Assembly: GCA_038496445.1 (NCBI GenBank)
Contig: JALMLS010000516.1
Span: forward strand, 1 to 64,000
DNA length: 64,000 nucleotides
Direction of reading: 5' to 3'
Source of the DNA: Trichosphaerium sp. ATCC 40318
Lineage: Eukaryota > Protista > Tubulinea
Positions 1 through 12,761 of this stretch are shown here, in pieces. The notes under the pieces are model-generated. The model did no database searches. It worked only from the letters and a program-made list of their open reading frames with translations, and was not told where the DNA came from. The position numbers and the translations under genes were made by a program. Every line of letters starts with the position of its first letter. Positions within the stretch are counted from its first letter, which is position 1.

Positions 1-1679
1 AACGTACCTTCATACTCGATTTCGTTTGCTCCAATCCAACATTGAGAAGCTCCAGCATCAGCACAGGCTTGTTGTACAGCAGCGTTATCAGCTGCATTTG
101 TAATCTTGGCCATATCTGTTCCATAAGTAGCTTGACATGCATCTTGACCATATTCGGCATCATATGGTACAGCAAGTGTAACGTATGAGTGTACGACAGG
201 TGCATTGCAAAGAATCGTCTGAACAAGACCTTCCTCGCAGATATCGTATCTCCATTTACCAGCATCGGTGCCACTTGCAAAGATACTCACGCAGTTAACG
301 ACATGATCGTTGTTGTTTGATGAGTCAAAGTTGGTGTATGTCACTCCAGAACCATCTCGCCATACGAGAGTACCTGGAATAACAAAGTTAGATCTAAGCC
401 AACTGTTGCAAGAAGTGAAACATACCTTCATACTCGATTTCGTTTGCTCCAATCCAACATTGAGAGACTCCAGCATCAGCACAAGCAGTTTGTGCAGCTA
501 TATTATCAGCTTCAGTTAGAATCTTTGCAAGATCTGTTCCATAAGTAGCTTGACATGCATCTTGACCATATTCGGCATCATATAATCCACCAGCAACGTA
601 TGACGCAGTTTCAGGAGCATTACAAACAACAGTTTGCACGAGACCTTCTTCACAGATGTCATATCTCCATTTACCAGCATCGGTACCACTTGCAAAGATA
701 CTCACGCAGTTAATGACATGGTCGTTGTTGTTTGATGAATCAAAGTTGGTGTATGTCACTGCTGAACCATCCTGCCATACAAGAGTACCTCGAAAACAGG
801 TTAGAGTTGAGAACCACAATGACGAGTTTGAAGAACATACCTTCATACTCGATTTCGTTTGCTCCAATCCAACATTGAGAAGCTCCAGCATCAGCACAGG
901 CTTGTTGTACAGCAGCGTTATCAGCTGCATTTGTAATCTTAGCCATATCTGTTCCGTAAGTAGCTTGACATGCATCTTGCCCATAGATAGCATCGTATGT
1001 GGTGCTGAGTGTAACATAGGTTGATGGAGCAATTGTAGGTGCGTCAGTAGGTGCGTCAGTAGGCGCGTCAGTAGGTGCGTCAGTAGGTGCGTCAGTAGGT
1101 GCATCAGTAGGTGCATCAGTAGGTGCGTCAGTAGGTGCGTCAGTAGGTGCGTCAGTGGAAGGTTGGTTGCAAACAGCATATCTAAATGCATCACATGTTT
1201 CGTAGAACCATCCAGAAAAGAGGGTTGAGAGTGCTACACAATTTCTTCCGGCACTATTTCTTGTGACGAGGAAAGACATGAATCGGTTGTAGTCCACAGT
1301 GCTTCCATCTCTCCAAAGGAATACATCTAGAAGAAAAAAATCAGATCTTGCTATGATTGGGTATTTGCTAGAACAATACCTTCGTCAAGCGCATCTGTAG
1401 CACCAATCCAACATTGTTCACCAAGTCCAAGTGCGTTACAGGCATCAATGGCGTCATTGTGATCTTCTTGGGAAGTGATGGTTGCTAGATCTGTGCCGTA
1501 TGTGCTTTGACAAGCAGCTTGTGCATCTGTCGCGGACATTTCAGTCGATAGAACAACATATGCATTGACCATTGAGACAATCAATGATATCAGGATCTAC
1601 AAATAGTGTTAGACAGCATCAGACATACACTTGATAAAAAAGTGAAATATCGTACAAAAAGTGTTGAAGTATTTATCAT
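1..1679 (-). CDS. Secreted multi-C-type-lectin-like-domain protein with TDAP mucin-like linker (runs off the window start)
   Basis: ATG at 1679 gives a spliced signal peptide (MINTSTLF|ILISLIVSMVNA). At least 4 CTLD units follow (AQAACQSTYGTDLATI...CWIGA...WRDGS...C...W...C). GT-AG introns sit at the same position in each unit. Confidence 0.85.
1035..1157 (-). repeat. 12-bp tandem repeat (~10 copies) encoding (TDAP)n
   Basis: gtaggtgcgtca repeated; in frame with the CTLD exons as PSTDAPTDAP...PTIAPST. Confidence 0.95.
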
Positions 1680-2748
1680 TGTGGGATAAGTTTCTAAGTT
1701 GTTTGTTTGTTGTGTTGTTTGTTATGTTTGTTTTGTTAAGATTTGTTTTATTCTACTCAAGAGTTTTGCCTGTCAAAAGTGTGGTGTCAACTTTGCGGCC
1801 GTGAGTTGCGGGCAAAAACAAAACTACGAAATCAATCACTGAAAACAAAAACCTTGTTCAAAACCTATCAAATGGTTGCTCGCTTATAGTACGACGAAAT
1901 CAAAAACTCGGAAAAGTTAAAAAGAAAAAGTAGCATCACGTCACAAAACACGTGACATCAACGTGAACATATCTCCAACACAAATCAACAATCGCCCGGC
2001 ACCTTGGTGCTGTACATTGTAGATACGAATCTTCACTCCCCGCGCGAACGTTGTACCACTTCGCGATATGATCAACCAGATACAATGTATGTGGGTGTAA
2101 ACGTGGAATCGTTCGATATTAGAATAAAATAAATACAACACAATCAGAACAGAGTTGGATACTTCAAAAATAAATTGTGCACGTGTCGTCAACATTTTTA
2201 TGTGAATATCACCGCCACGAAAAAACACCTTCATGTATTCAAAAAACCTAACAGTGTATGTCTGGATATGCTTGATAGCAAGTTTGTAGTTGATTGTTTA
2301 TGATTCACGTAGAAAAAGATAGTCCATCGGACAAATAATTTATAATAGTTAAGTTGAGGTTTGATACAGCTTTTTCAAGGTGCATCATCGTCAAGCAGCA
2401 ACTATTACCTTTTGACAACATAGTAACACAACACAAACGAGTTTGTACTTGTTTTCTCCGCTACAGACATTTGGGTAAGACTTAGAACTACAAACAGCCC
2501 ACAACGCTTACACCCACATCCCAAAAATTCCCTTTTTTTGTACCAGTGTTTCTTGTATAATAGATAACAAATACTAGAGCCACAAGACAAGTTGATAGGA
2601 GAGTAGACTTAGTGTAATAACTCTAATGTTGTAAAATCTGCGCTGTTCATATCGCAAATCCATCTCTTTCGCAACTCAACGGCTTCACCATATTTGTTGT
2701 TAATAGTAATAGTTCTTATTTTGTTTTTATTAATAAATATCATGACAT

Positions 2749-4688
2749 TCACACTGCAACAGAAAGTTCGTTAATATCTCCTTGTAGTTCGTCTCTTCTT
2801 CTCTTACACATTGCTGCTAATTTATCTCTAATATCGTACAAATACGCAATTTCACGAGCTGGGTTTTTATGCCTTGACCCTTTACGCATTTGTTTAAAGC
2901 ACGTTTTTGCAATGTGGTCCATCCTTTACGAAAGAAAAAATTAGAATTTAATGTAAATGGTATTGTAAAGTGGTTGTTTTGTTTTTAATTGCAAAAGGCT
3001 ATCAGTTATGATAAAGACAAATACTTACATCTCAGTGTCAAGCTCAATATCTGGTTTACAACACGAATTGACATATCCATTGGCTAACCACGTGTTCTTA
3101 TCTCTTACCCAAAACACTTGATTGAATTGAAAGATTGCTCTCTTTAGAGGTTTAATCCAAAGAGCAATCATTGGCAACAAACTGTATACAACGAGTAAGA
3201 ATATCATCATTCCAAAGTTAACCCATGTCAAAGTCTCGTCTGTCCAACGAAATGGTCCAGGGTCTATTGCAAGAAGTGTTATAAATACAAACTACTAAGT
3301 TATAACAGAAAGAGATACCTGTATGACAGTTATTGAATGTCATGTTACCACTAATGCTAAATGGTTCTGAAATTTTTAACAGTTTTGCCCACAAGCCTGG
3401 AAGCTCTTTAGACTTTATTTTGACATCTGAAGTAACACCAGCCGTATACTCTATTTTTCCTCCTATAGTAGTGTTAATTGTTTAAATTGGAACTGTTCCG
3501 TTGTCTATGTACCTGAAGATGCTAAAATTGCTCTGTTAAAGTTGTAGAACTCAACAGCAAGAACAAGTGCAGCTATAATAAAAAGAATGTATCCCAGGGA
3601 GAATATTCCCTTTTTGATAAATCTACGGATGCCAAGACTAGTAGATATAGTTAATCAATGCTATGTTCAACAATGTGTGATACTATGGAGTACTTACTAG
3701 CTGATTTTAAATGGAGATCTTGATTTTATTTTTCTCTTTTTTTTACCATAAACAAACTTCACGTTTGCAACTGTAAGCCTCAACCAAGATATTATAACCA
3801 CGGCTAATATAAATGAGCTAACATAAGTTGAAGAGGTTCTGCTATATACCTATCTGGCATCGTCTTAAGGTAGAAATAAGAGTACGAAGCTGTAGAAATC
3901 TTTCACGCAATTTGTCTAGAACCTATAAATAGACTGTTAACAGCAAATCACGTGTTTATCGGCATGAGTTTTGATAAAATTCTAACAGGTCGTACTCTTT
4001 TCATTTCTGAAATGTCAACTGATATACGATGGAACGGCTTGACAGACCCAGTGCTGTGTGTGTTTTTCAGATTTTCTATAAAGTTCCCAAGATTGAAAAG
4101 GCTGCTGATTAAGCTTCCAAGCTTCCAAAATGCTTTGAACAAGCCGCCTATACTTCATATAAGATAGTTCACTTATCATAGAAATGTGTTTTTGAACCAA
4201 AAGAGAGTACCAAGTCCGTCTTCAATCTGGTTTGCAAGATCTTTGAAGTCCAATGTTTGTATATTTGCTAGTCTCGTTGTAATTCTTGAGTTGAGGCTAT
4301 CTAGAGCCTCGGTGATCTCACTAGAGATATGTAAGAATACTATTTATATTAAAAAGCAAAAAAGGAATACATACGTTGCTGTGGTATTGTACATGCACTC
4401 AGTCTTTTCTTCCCAGCTGTTCAAAATTCTTTCATTGTTTGATAAAATCAATGTCAAGATCATAACGTATACAAGATTAATTATCAATTTACGAAGCTTT
4501 TTATGTGTTGTGTCTATTAAACCGGATAATAAAAGGGTTCCAAGGCTTCTGGCTGCATCTTTAACGGTGCTGGGTACTCCAAATTTCCAAAATACCAAAG
4601 TCTTTGATTGTTTGTTTGACTTTTTTCTGGTGCCTGGTTTAGGTGTTGTAGTTGCTACACTTACAACGTTATAAGTGTTGTTGCTCAT
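2749..4688 (-). CDS. Hypothetical multi-exon polytopic membrane protein
   Basis: ATG at 4688. Spliceable exons include hydrophobic segments (e.g. WVNFGMMIFLLVVYSLLPMIALWIKP). Last exon ends ...DINELSVAV* at 2749. No family recognised. Confidence 0.55.
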
Positions 4689-4920
4689 CGTAGGACGCTA
4701 ATAAATTAAAAGGCAGTAACCTACTGGCAGTTTTTTAATCACGTTCTTTGAAATGATCTCGCAAGTCTTGCGCCATAATACGCCAATACGGGCGTTAGCT
4801 GAACTGGGTCTAACTTGCTGGTATAGAGTTGCTTTGAGCTTAGCTTAGCAGGATCGGTTAAACCTAAATAGGAATTTACAGTTCGGATAATGGTGAGAAA
4901 GGATTTGGGTATTTCTGTCT

Positions 4921-5131
4921 ATAAAATCACGTGATTGTTGTGGCTGATGACGGAGCACTATTAATTAATTCGTTATTAAAAATTAATTAAGAAATCGCGA
5001 GGATTTCGTTTATCAATTCATGGGATGAAAACAATAGGGAAAGAATGAAAAGAGCTGTGAGCTTCGTTTGCTGGAAAAACGAGCATATCATAAAAATCAC
5101 GTGATTATTGTTGTTTATGACGGAGCACTAT
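4921..5131. repeat. Imperfect ~41-bp direct repeat pair, each containing AATCACGTGATT
   Basis: aaaatcacgtgattgttgtggctgatgacggagcacta (~4923) vs aaaatcacgtgattattgttgtttatgacggagcacta (~5093). Confidence 0.8.
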
Positions 5132-5434
5132 AGATAGTTTTTTTTGGTAATCACAGTCCCAACGCGAGTTTGCTACTCAGTGTTCTGTTTATTTAAAAGC
5201 TCTACCATATTACGTTAGTGCACGTTAATAACTGCAAAACTACCAGAAGCTTTCTTTTTAAAGTATTAGCGAAAAGAACGCTGTGGTGCATACGAAAAAC
5301 GTTTCCGTCAGAGGATAAACCGTTTACGCCACTGGACTGTCCAAAACAAGCGAATTTTTTATACAAATATGATATGCAAGTTGAAGCAATTTTTTTATTA
5401 TGTGCTGTACAAACACGCCAACAAAAAGCTGATC

Positions 5435-7749
5435 CTAAGCTGTAGGAGGCTTCTCAAATGTCCATTGTTGATTGTGGTTGTTTGTTCCATATGTATACAA
5501 ATACACGTTCCTACAAAACAAAAAAGTTATCAATTGTAAGGTAATGATACATCATAAAGTTGGACGTACTGGTTGTTTGATCCTCCATTGTTACCGTCAA
5601 TAGAGTAACGAAGGTCACGTTTTTTTAATCTATAAGTAAATGCTTTACCAGATACTAGAGATCTCTCCCAGTGTTGGTTAACGTTTTCTTGATCGCACTC
5701 GTAAAGCTTCAAGTTCCTGGAAAAAAAAGAGAAAAATCAGTATTAAGTTCGCACTACAAGAGCGCTTACTGACTATTAACTGCTCCATTTCCTCCATCAA
5801 GGCAATAGTTTGTATATCTCTTACGGTACATGTAATATTTTTCATGTTTTGTTTCAACCCAGTGCTGATTCTCGTTTTCATCGTTGTATTTGTAAAGATA
5901 TACATTGTTGTTGTTTTCATTTGGCTGCTTTTGTGCTGTCAAGGCATACCCAAGTGCATTCTCCTTTCTCATAGTATATACCTTTTCAGTGCTTGTATAG
6001 GTAAGACAAAAACCAACTCTGCTAAGCTTATCACAACCCTCAGCTTGACTGTTCCTTGAAAACTTGAGCCATTTGTTTAAACTGACAAAAAAAAGTAAGT
6101 CTAAAAGAAGGTCAAGATGAGACGTTACTTGTTTGTAGGTATGCTTGATTTCATGATACCAGAATTATCTGGATCGTGTTCCATATCCATAAGATGCCCT
6201 ATTTCATGTGCAGTCAAAATGACTCTTTTACGAGTGTCACTTCGTTGAGTCACTTCTGCTCCAAAATTGACTTGCGAACACAGATTATTCACCTTGGCGC
6301 TTCCTAGTGTGTTTCCCGAAGAACAGTCATGATAGAGTAAAACCAAGGTTGGCTGAGGATCGACTTTATCATATGAGTATCTACCATTTATCCACGTATT
6401 AAGTTTATCAAGAATTTGACCTCTGCTACTGCAAGTCCATTCAGCTGCTACAAAAAGGTTACCACAGATTTTTTCTCAGGCAAAGACAGATTTCTTCTAC
6501 GTACAATAGTCATCCCGCTCTTCCATTATTAATAGTTCCGAAACAACGAGTTTTACATTCTTAGAAAAGAGAATAAGTACGCACATCCGCTAACTTTGGA
6601 CAAAATTCTGACTTACAAGTTCTTCATTGTATATCGCATTTACGCCATGAATGTCTAACACACTTATTTAGAATAGAGCACATCTGGAAAATACTAATGC
6701 GCACTATTTGTTACGTAGTCAACTGATCCGTCAACACCTCTATCGTCGTAAAGGCTTTCATCAACTACTGCAACCTTTCAGGTATTAGAATACACTGTTA
6801 AATATTATATGTCGTGTACAATGCGGAGAACCCTTAGTGAAGATGGACAATCATCTGGTGGAGGTACTAATGGTACTTTATCTCCCATAGGATATGATCT
6901 TTACAAAGGTTAATAGATTGTTTATAAAAAGCAACAAATGTACAAACCTTCTTGCACGCTTGTGTAGATGTCTGTTTGAACGAATTCTTTCGTTACATAC
7001 ACCGCACCCGATTGATTCTTCGTGATTTAGACTTTCTTGCCTGTTAATTAAAGATGAGAATTAGATACCGCTCCAAAAGTGCAAAAGAAAAAACAAAGAA
7101 ATATAGAAGATTTCTTACCTGAGAATCACGTGCGTGCCTGACCCTAGTTTTTGTAAATGGCGTGCTGCCATGTATTCAATGTGTCTAAATAAGAAAACAA
7201 CTGTTAGTATGACTACATAGAACAAGTACTTTGAATGAGAAACTTACTTTTTCGCTGGTTCAATGACAAGCATTTCATCATCAACAAATATAATACCTTC
7301 TATTGTTCCATCTTCGTGAGCCATAAAGCGGAATCGATAGTCGTCATTGATAGATTTGATGGAACAGGAATATACTTGGAGCTGTTTCCTGTACCCAAGA
7401 TAATCTAATTTCGGTTCAGAAAAAAAAACCAAAAAACAAAAATTACCCTAGAATCGACGCTGAAAGGCGAATCCTTGATACATTCAACCATCACTGTACC
7501 ATTACTTTTGTGTAGTTTTAAGATATGAACTCCTTCAGCGCTTCGTTTTTTTGAAAGCACCAGTTCAACTACCAAAAAAATTAGTGCCGAGATAAAATGA
7601 ACGCTCGCACGTGATTTGACTACTTCAAAGTCTTGTAAGTTATCCCAGTATTGTTTCTCAAAACACATAACGGCATTTATCATTAGACCTATCGCATATA
7701 AGTTATTGGTAACCCCTTGTATCTTACCAATGAGTACGAGCTTCCACAT
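5435..7749 (-). CDS. Secreted M12B (reprolysin/ADAM-like) zinc metalloprotease with C-terminal ricin-B (QxW) lectin domain
   Basis: Signal peptide, prodomain with Cys-switch-like GCGVC, zinc motif HEIGHLMDMEHD, Met-turn GIM, then three QxW repeats (NENQHW, NVNQHW, NHNQQW). Stop TAG at 5435. Confidence 0.88.
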
Positions 7750-8304
7750 CGTTGTTGTATTTGAGTTATGCAGTTTTCCAAACGAAAAATGATAGCGAAT
7801 TGTTTTAAGTGCATATCACATCATAGCTCACACCACGTGTGTCGTCGTTGGTTTAAATGAATGCCCAAATATAATAATAAGCTAACGCAAAACCATAGAG
7901 GACATTGGGGATACTCGGACAATCTACAATTTTTGTGTTGTTTTTTCTCTGAAAAACTTGTTGCCGTGCACATTACCGCTAAAATAGCTGGGAACCTCAA
8001 GCGGTGTAACAAACTGCAAGCAATAAGGATTTAGGTACACCATCAGCGTTTGCATGTATACTACCAAAGTATTGCACCACGTGTGGGTCTACTACAAGCG
8101 GTTGGATGATCTTACCTGATAGGATGATTAGAATCAGGGGTGCGACTTCTTTAGCTTGTCAGATTAAGGGGAGGTTTTTAGAACCACCAGCAAATTAATA
8201 TAAAAAACGGTGAGCGTATTAAGGCAATAGAGAACCTTGAAGTTGGTTTATGTGAATAACGTTTTACAATACAAACTTCAATTGATTAATTTTACTATTC
8301 TTGG

Positions 8305-9924
8305 CTACTGAGTTAACATACGCTGGTGTCTTGTCGAAATACCTTCACAACCACTTAGATCAATGACATGCGCTGATTCTAAATAGCCAATAACCTTATC
8401 TGTTATAGTATGAACACGTGATAGGAATATACTATGAACACCAGCTAAAGCCTTAATACCAACATCAGTTACCTTAGTATAAGAAAGATCAATAGTATGA
8501 ACACCAGCAAGGCATTTAACACCAACATCTGTTACATTACTTCCAGACAAGTTGATGAAATGAACACCTCCTAAAGCAGAAATACCTTCATCTGTAACAT
8601 TGCAACCAGAAATATCAATAGAATGAACACCAGCAAGAGATTTAATACCAACATCTGTAACTTGAAAACAACCAGCAAGGGAAATAGAATGTACACCTGC
8701 CAAAGCACGAATACCTTTATCAGTAACAAGCATACACCCAACAAGGTAAATAGTATGGACACCTGACAAATATACAAGCCATGCATCAGATACTTGTCGG
8801 CATATGCTCAAGTCTATGGTGTGAACTCCAGTGATCTCTTTCATACCGTCGTCAGTCATATTAGTATTAGACAGATTAATCTTCTTAACACCCGCTAAAG
8901 ATTTAAGTGACTTATCTGTTAATTTATGACAATGGCTTAGGTTTATCTCATAGACACCAGAAAGATAAGAAATACCATCATCAGTAACACAATCACAACG
9001 ACTAATAGACAGTGTATGAATACCAGCAAGCATCTTTAAACCTTCATCAGTTATCTGATGACAAAGACTTAAATCCAAAGCATGAACACCAGATAAGTGC
9101 TCTAAATCAGCATCAACGACTTGTGTACATCCTTCAAGGTTTATAGAGTAAGCTCTTGATAGATGACTTAACCCTTCAGCTAGTATCTCAGTACACCCTG
9201 ATATGTTAATTGTATGAATGTTATTAAGTGTCATGATGCTCTTATCTGTTATATTGCATAACCTGCTTAAGTCCAATTTCTTTGCATCTTTTAATAGAGG
9301 CAATAGATCATCTGTCATTTCATAGCACAAAGCCGTACAATCGATTATCGAATTGTTTAATATGCCGCTATATTTAGATACTGTTGACACGTGTTTTGAT
9401 GTTTTGAGTGTAACCTTTACGTATCCTGTTACATAATGAATAATGTTTGCGATCCGCCAGCAAGTGCTTGCGGCAGCAAACCTCTCCTTGTTCAGAAAAC
9501 TCAAAATTTCGCCAATCGTTTCTGAAGGTAACGCGCAGAATGAGAACGTTGGTTGAGGTGGTAAGCTAATAGCATTAGAGCTGAGTCATTGAGCGTATGA
9601 AGAGAAATTAAGAAAGTTTTTGCTCGTAATACTTGGAAAAACAAAAATAACAAATGGAGAAAAGGTGTAGACGCGGTTTTAGTCATTTTAATCACAAAGT
9701 AGACACAAGGAGTAAGTTCAATAGAGTCTTTCATTGTAGATGAAGCAGCTGAGTTTATTAGCATACCATTGGCGTTTATTCATCGTTGGCGTTGTTTGCT
9801 TGATGCTGTGATTACACTTTGGAGTTACAGCGACTTTTGTTGATTTGTGCCGTTTTTTTTGTGAAAGCGTCGGAAGTCCGCTTCTTTCTTTATTGCTGTT
9901 TATATATAATGTATTGTTAATCAT
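8305..9924 (-). CDS. F-box / cysteine-containing LRR protein (family member 1)
   Basis: F-box LPSETIGEILSFL...ASTCWR, then ~14 VHTIDLSxCxxITDxGLxxLxG repeats in one ~1.27-kb exon. An acceptor at ~9583 implies an upstream exon, putative ATG 9924. 5' end uncertain. Confidence 0.85.
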
Positions 9925-9986
9925 TTGGTAAGGTTGTTTTATTACAAGACTATATTACAACGCAGTAATTACAACAAACAGAGCTA

Positions 9987-11483
9987 CTAAAGCTTCACTT
10001 TTTGCAAAAAGCGTGAAAGTGTTTTACCATATGGAATCTGTGACAGATGATTCGGAGATACGTATGTGACACGATTACCATCACGGTCATTCTGTGACAC
10101 ATGAGACAAGTGATAAAATTCGCATGCTCCATGAAGCTAAAGACAAAAAATTAGAAAAATCGGAAAAAAAAGAAAGAAAAAGATTGATCTTTTTTCAATT
10201 TATGTATCTGGTGCCTCCAGGCTGTAATCAAAGTACGTTGATTAAATAAACAGATACTTAAATATTATGTACAGTTGGAATATGAAAGTACTTGTGGACA
10301 GTAACGCCCAATTTTTCTTCAAACAAAAAAAGAGGCTCGACGGTTTTTTTTTACCAATTTACATAAATAACTAATGCTTACCATCAAGCGTTCATAGCTA
10401 GAATCCATTACAAACTTCAAAGTTACAGAATCTTCTTTTCTCTATCAAAAAAAATTAGTTACGATCACGTGACACGTAACGACAGGTAAAAACTTGATAA
10501 AACGTACCAAGTTTGTAACCAATAAATTATCCATCTTTAAAAAATTAGGCTCTGCCTTATTATGGAAAAGAGCACGTTGTGTTGACTTATCAATACGACG
10601 CCATGATTGTTGTGGTGAGTATGTTCGTTGTATAGGCTTTTTTGGTTCTCCTGTACGTCCAAGCATTGCATCTTGTTCTTTCTCTGTAATGTTTACAATT
10701 GACGCCAAGAATTTCTGATTTGCGGGCAAAAATAGCTCCGCAGGGAACGTAGGACCCATAGGTTCTAAAGAAAACTGTTACACAAACAAATACAAGACAA
10801 TTTCGCTCATTTTCGTTGATTTATCTCTTACCTGTCACTAAAAAATCATTCCAGTCCTCATCATCTCCACCAAGCTCACGCAACTCTTCTAAGAAGCGAG
10901 AAAGCGCAACTTCTGTAATAGATTGTGAGTGTGGTACGGTTGTTTTTATGTAGCTACATGAGGTATGTAGTGCGTCCTATAGGTACCAACCTTGCTGAAT
11001 ACGCCTTTTGTGCTTTTGACCGAGCTTAACTCTGCCATGAGGTCTGTACATATAACTCTGGCGACTATGGGTGGTAGTTATCGTTTGCTCACTCTGTTGG
11101 CTACGTAAACTCTCTCCTGTGGTTCAAGTTTTAACGCTTGGGATACAAAAGGAGATTGGCCCGTTTTATAAGTTTATCTACGCGCACAGAGCGCGCTCGG
11201 GCCGTCATTTATCGAAAACACAACTTGGAGACAAAATGACAACGTACTGCTTGATCGTCGCTTGTGTCTGCTTACAGTTGGCGTTGAAGGTTGTGGCGCA
11301 CGCACTGTAACTGGCGCAGTACCGTATGTGGTCAATTCAACATCTACTAACCTAAACACATGTCAAAACCGCGTAATCAATTACCACAGCGCCAACAGAA
11401 TCCCGAAGGTGAAATTACGAAAGACAGTTCCATACGCACTCTCTCAACAAGAAATCTATATCACCTCTATCTTCGTTTTCCAT
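9987..11483 (-). CDS. R3H domain-containing protein (R3HDM4-like)
   Basis: Spliced R3H motif DSSYERLM|LHGACEFYHLSHVS and an upstream GQKHKRRIQQ R3H-associated-like motif. Stop TAG at 9987. Confidence 0.7.
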
Positions 11484-11712
11484 ATTACTAGCTCTCTACG
11501 TTGTTTGGTTGCGATTTGGAATGGTTAAGCGAAATTTGATGAATAAGTGAAAATTCACCGTTGAATAACACTTTTGGTGCAACAGCAATCAGCGTCTCCA
11601 AACGCTAGCGTATACGACATCATATTAACTGTCCAAAAGGTAACTTTCAAACTCCATAAATCCTTGTGAGGAGCGAGATATTTACTGTTCTTTCGAAAAA
11701 AACTTATTTATT

Positions 11713-12567
11713 TCATAGCTTGCTGCCAACAACCAAATCACCTTCCGCTTGCAATATTTTCCATGTCCTGTATACAACGTTACCTTGCCCAGGACTGCAT
11801 TCCTCAACTAGAGTGTCACCGACGCGTGTCATAGACTTGAACACATTATTCTTTTTCAACACAGGTAGTGTTGTTACCAAAACACTGGTAGATCCATCAC
11901 TACTAAACTTACCCAATGTAGCCGAAAACGACAGAAAAGACAACTCTTTGGGGCTTAGTTTGAATCCTTCTTTGTCACGTGACGAGATCTCTGAAACCAG
12001 AGAAGCAGTTGTCATTCCATCACTAGGCGGTCTATCTACCACGTGTATAAAGTAGTCACCTACCACAACAAAGATCCCTGAAGTTTTGCTGTCTACTCTA
12101 TCGCCTTGTAGAGTTTGCGAAGCAAGAGTACAAGCACAAATACGCTTTGATCCAGAATCCGTTTTTCCTGCTGTTATTAGCTCCCAAATTTCTCTGTAGT
12201 CGTCCTCTATGCCATCTTCTTCTATGGTAGTGCTAGTAAGCCATTTAACTTTGCCAACATCTCGCTGTGAAGGTTGTCGTAGATCCAGCTCGCGATGCCA
12301 TGTTAAAACCCATTTTTCGCTTTCTCTACGCGTGGAGAGCTTCCCAGCGAAAGATTTCAGCTTGAGAAGTGATAACACTTCTGATTTTGAATATTCGTTA
12401 ACACTTTTCTCTGGTAGCCTTATACCCGCCGGCATACGAATATCAGCGAATAGAATAGGCGTTTGTAGCCAGAAAACAGTACTTTTTGTATCCACACATG
12501 CGCCAATAGGCTCTTCTTCTCTCAAACGCTTCCAAACGCCTATAAACTGCGGATCAATTGTTTCCAT
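11713..12567 (-). CDS. Intronless 284-aa hypothetical protein, HRI1-like / bacterial-type beta-barrel family
   Basis: Single ORF with motifs WLQT..FADIR.P, SFAG, WHRELD, DVG, EEDG..DYREIWE. Confidence 0.65.
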   Translation of the reverse strand: METIDPQFIGVWKRLREEEPIGACVDTKSTVFWLQTPILFADIRMPAGIRLPEKSVNEYSKSEVLSLLKLKSFAGKLSTRRESEKWVLTWHRELDLRQPSQRDVGKVKWLTSTTIEEDGIEDDYREIWELITAGKTDSGSKRICACTLASQTLQGDRVDSKTSGIFVVVGDYFIHVVDRPPSDGMTTASLVSEISSRDKEGFKLSPKELSFLSFSATLGKFSSDGSTSVLVTTLPVLKKNNVFKSMTRVGDTLVEECSPGQGNVVYRTWKILQAEGDLVVGSKL

Positions 12568-12761
12568 TGTGAGCAGGAACGATTAAGTTGCTGTTTAGCT
12601 ACGTTACACAAAAAATACCAGAATAATTTTAGTCGAATGTCCTTTTGCTCTTATGACGTTCACAACAACATATAAGTACTCTTCAGAAAATAAGGGGGTT
12701 GTAGCTTTCAATACAGACTAGTAATAAACGATTTCCTTTTTTTTTTTTACATGTATTTGTT

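Noticed and set aside
1035-1157. CRISPR-like array
   Set aside because: It is a spacerless 12-bp coding tandem repeat in a eukaryotic gene.
394-1194. ORF with (THLL)n repeats
   Set aside because: It is an off-frame reading of the TDAP repeat running through an intron into a real CTLD exon.
8107-8210. ATCTTACCTG resembling the U1 snRNA 5' end
   Set aside because: No downstream U1-70K/U1A loops or Sm site in the right order; ATTGCAC lies upstream of it.
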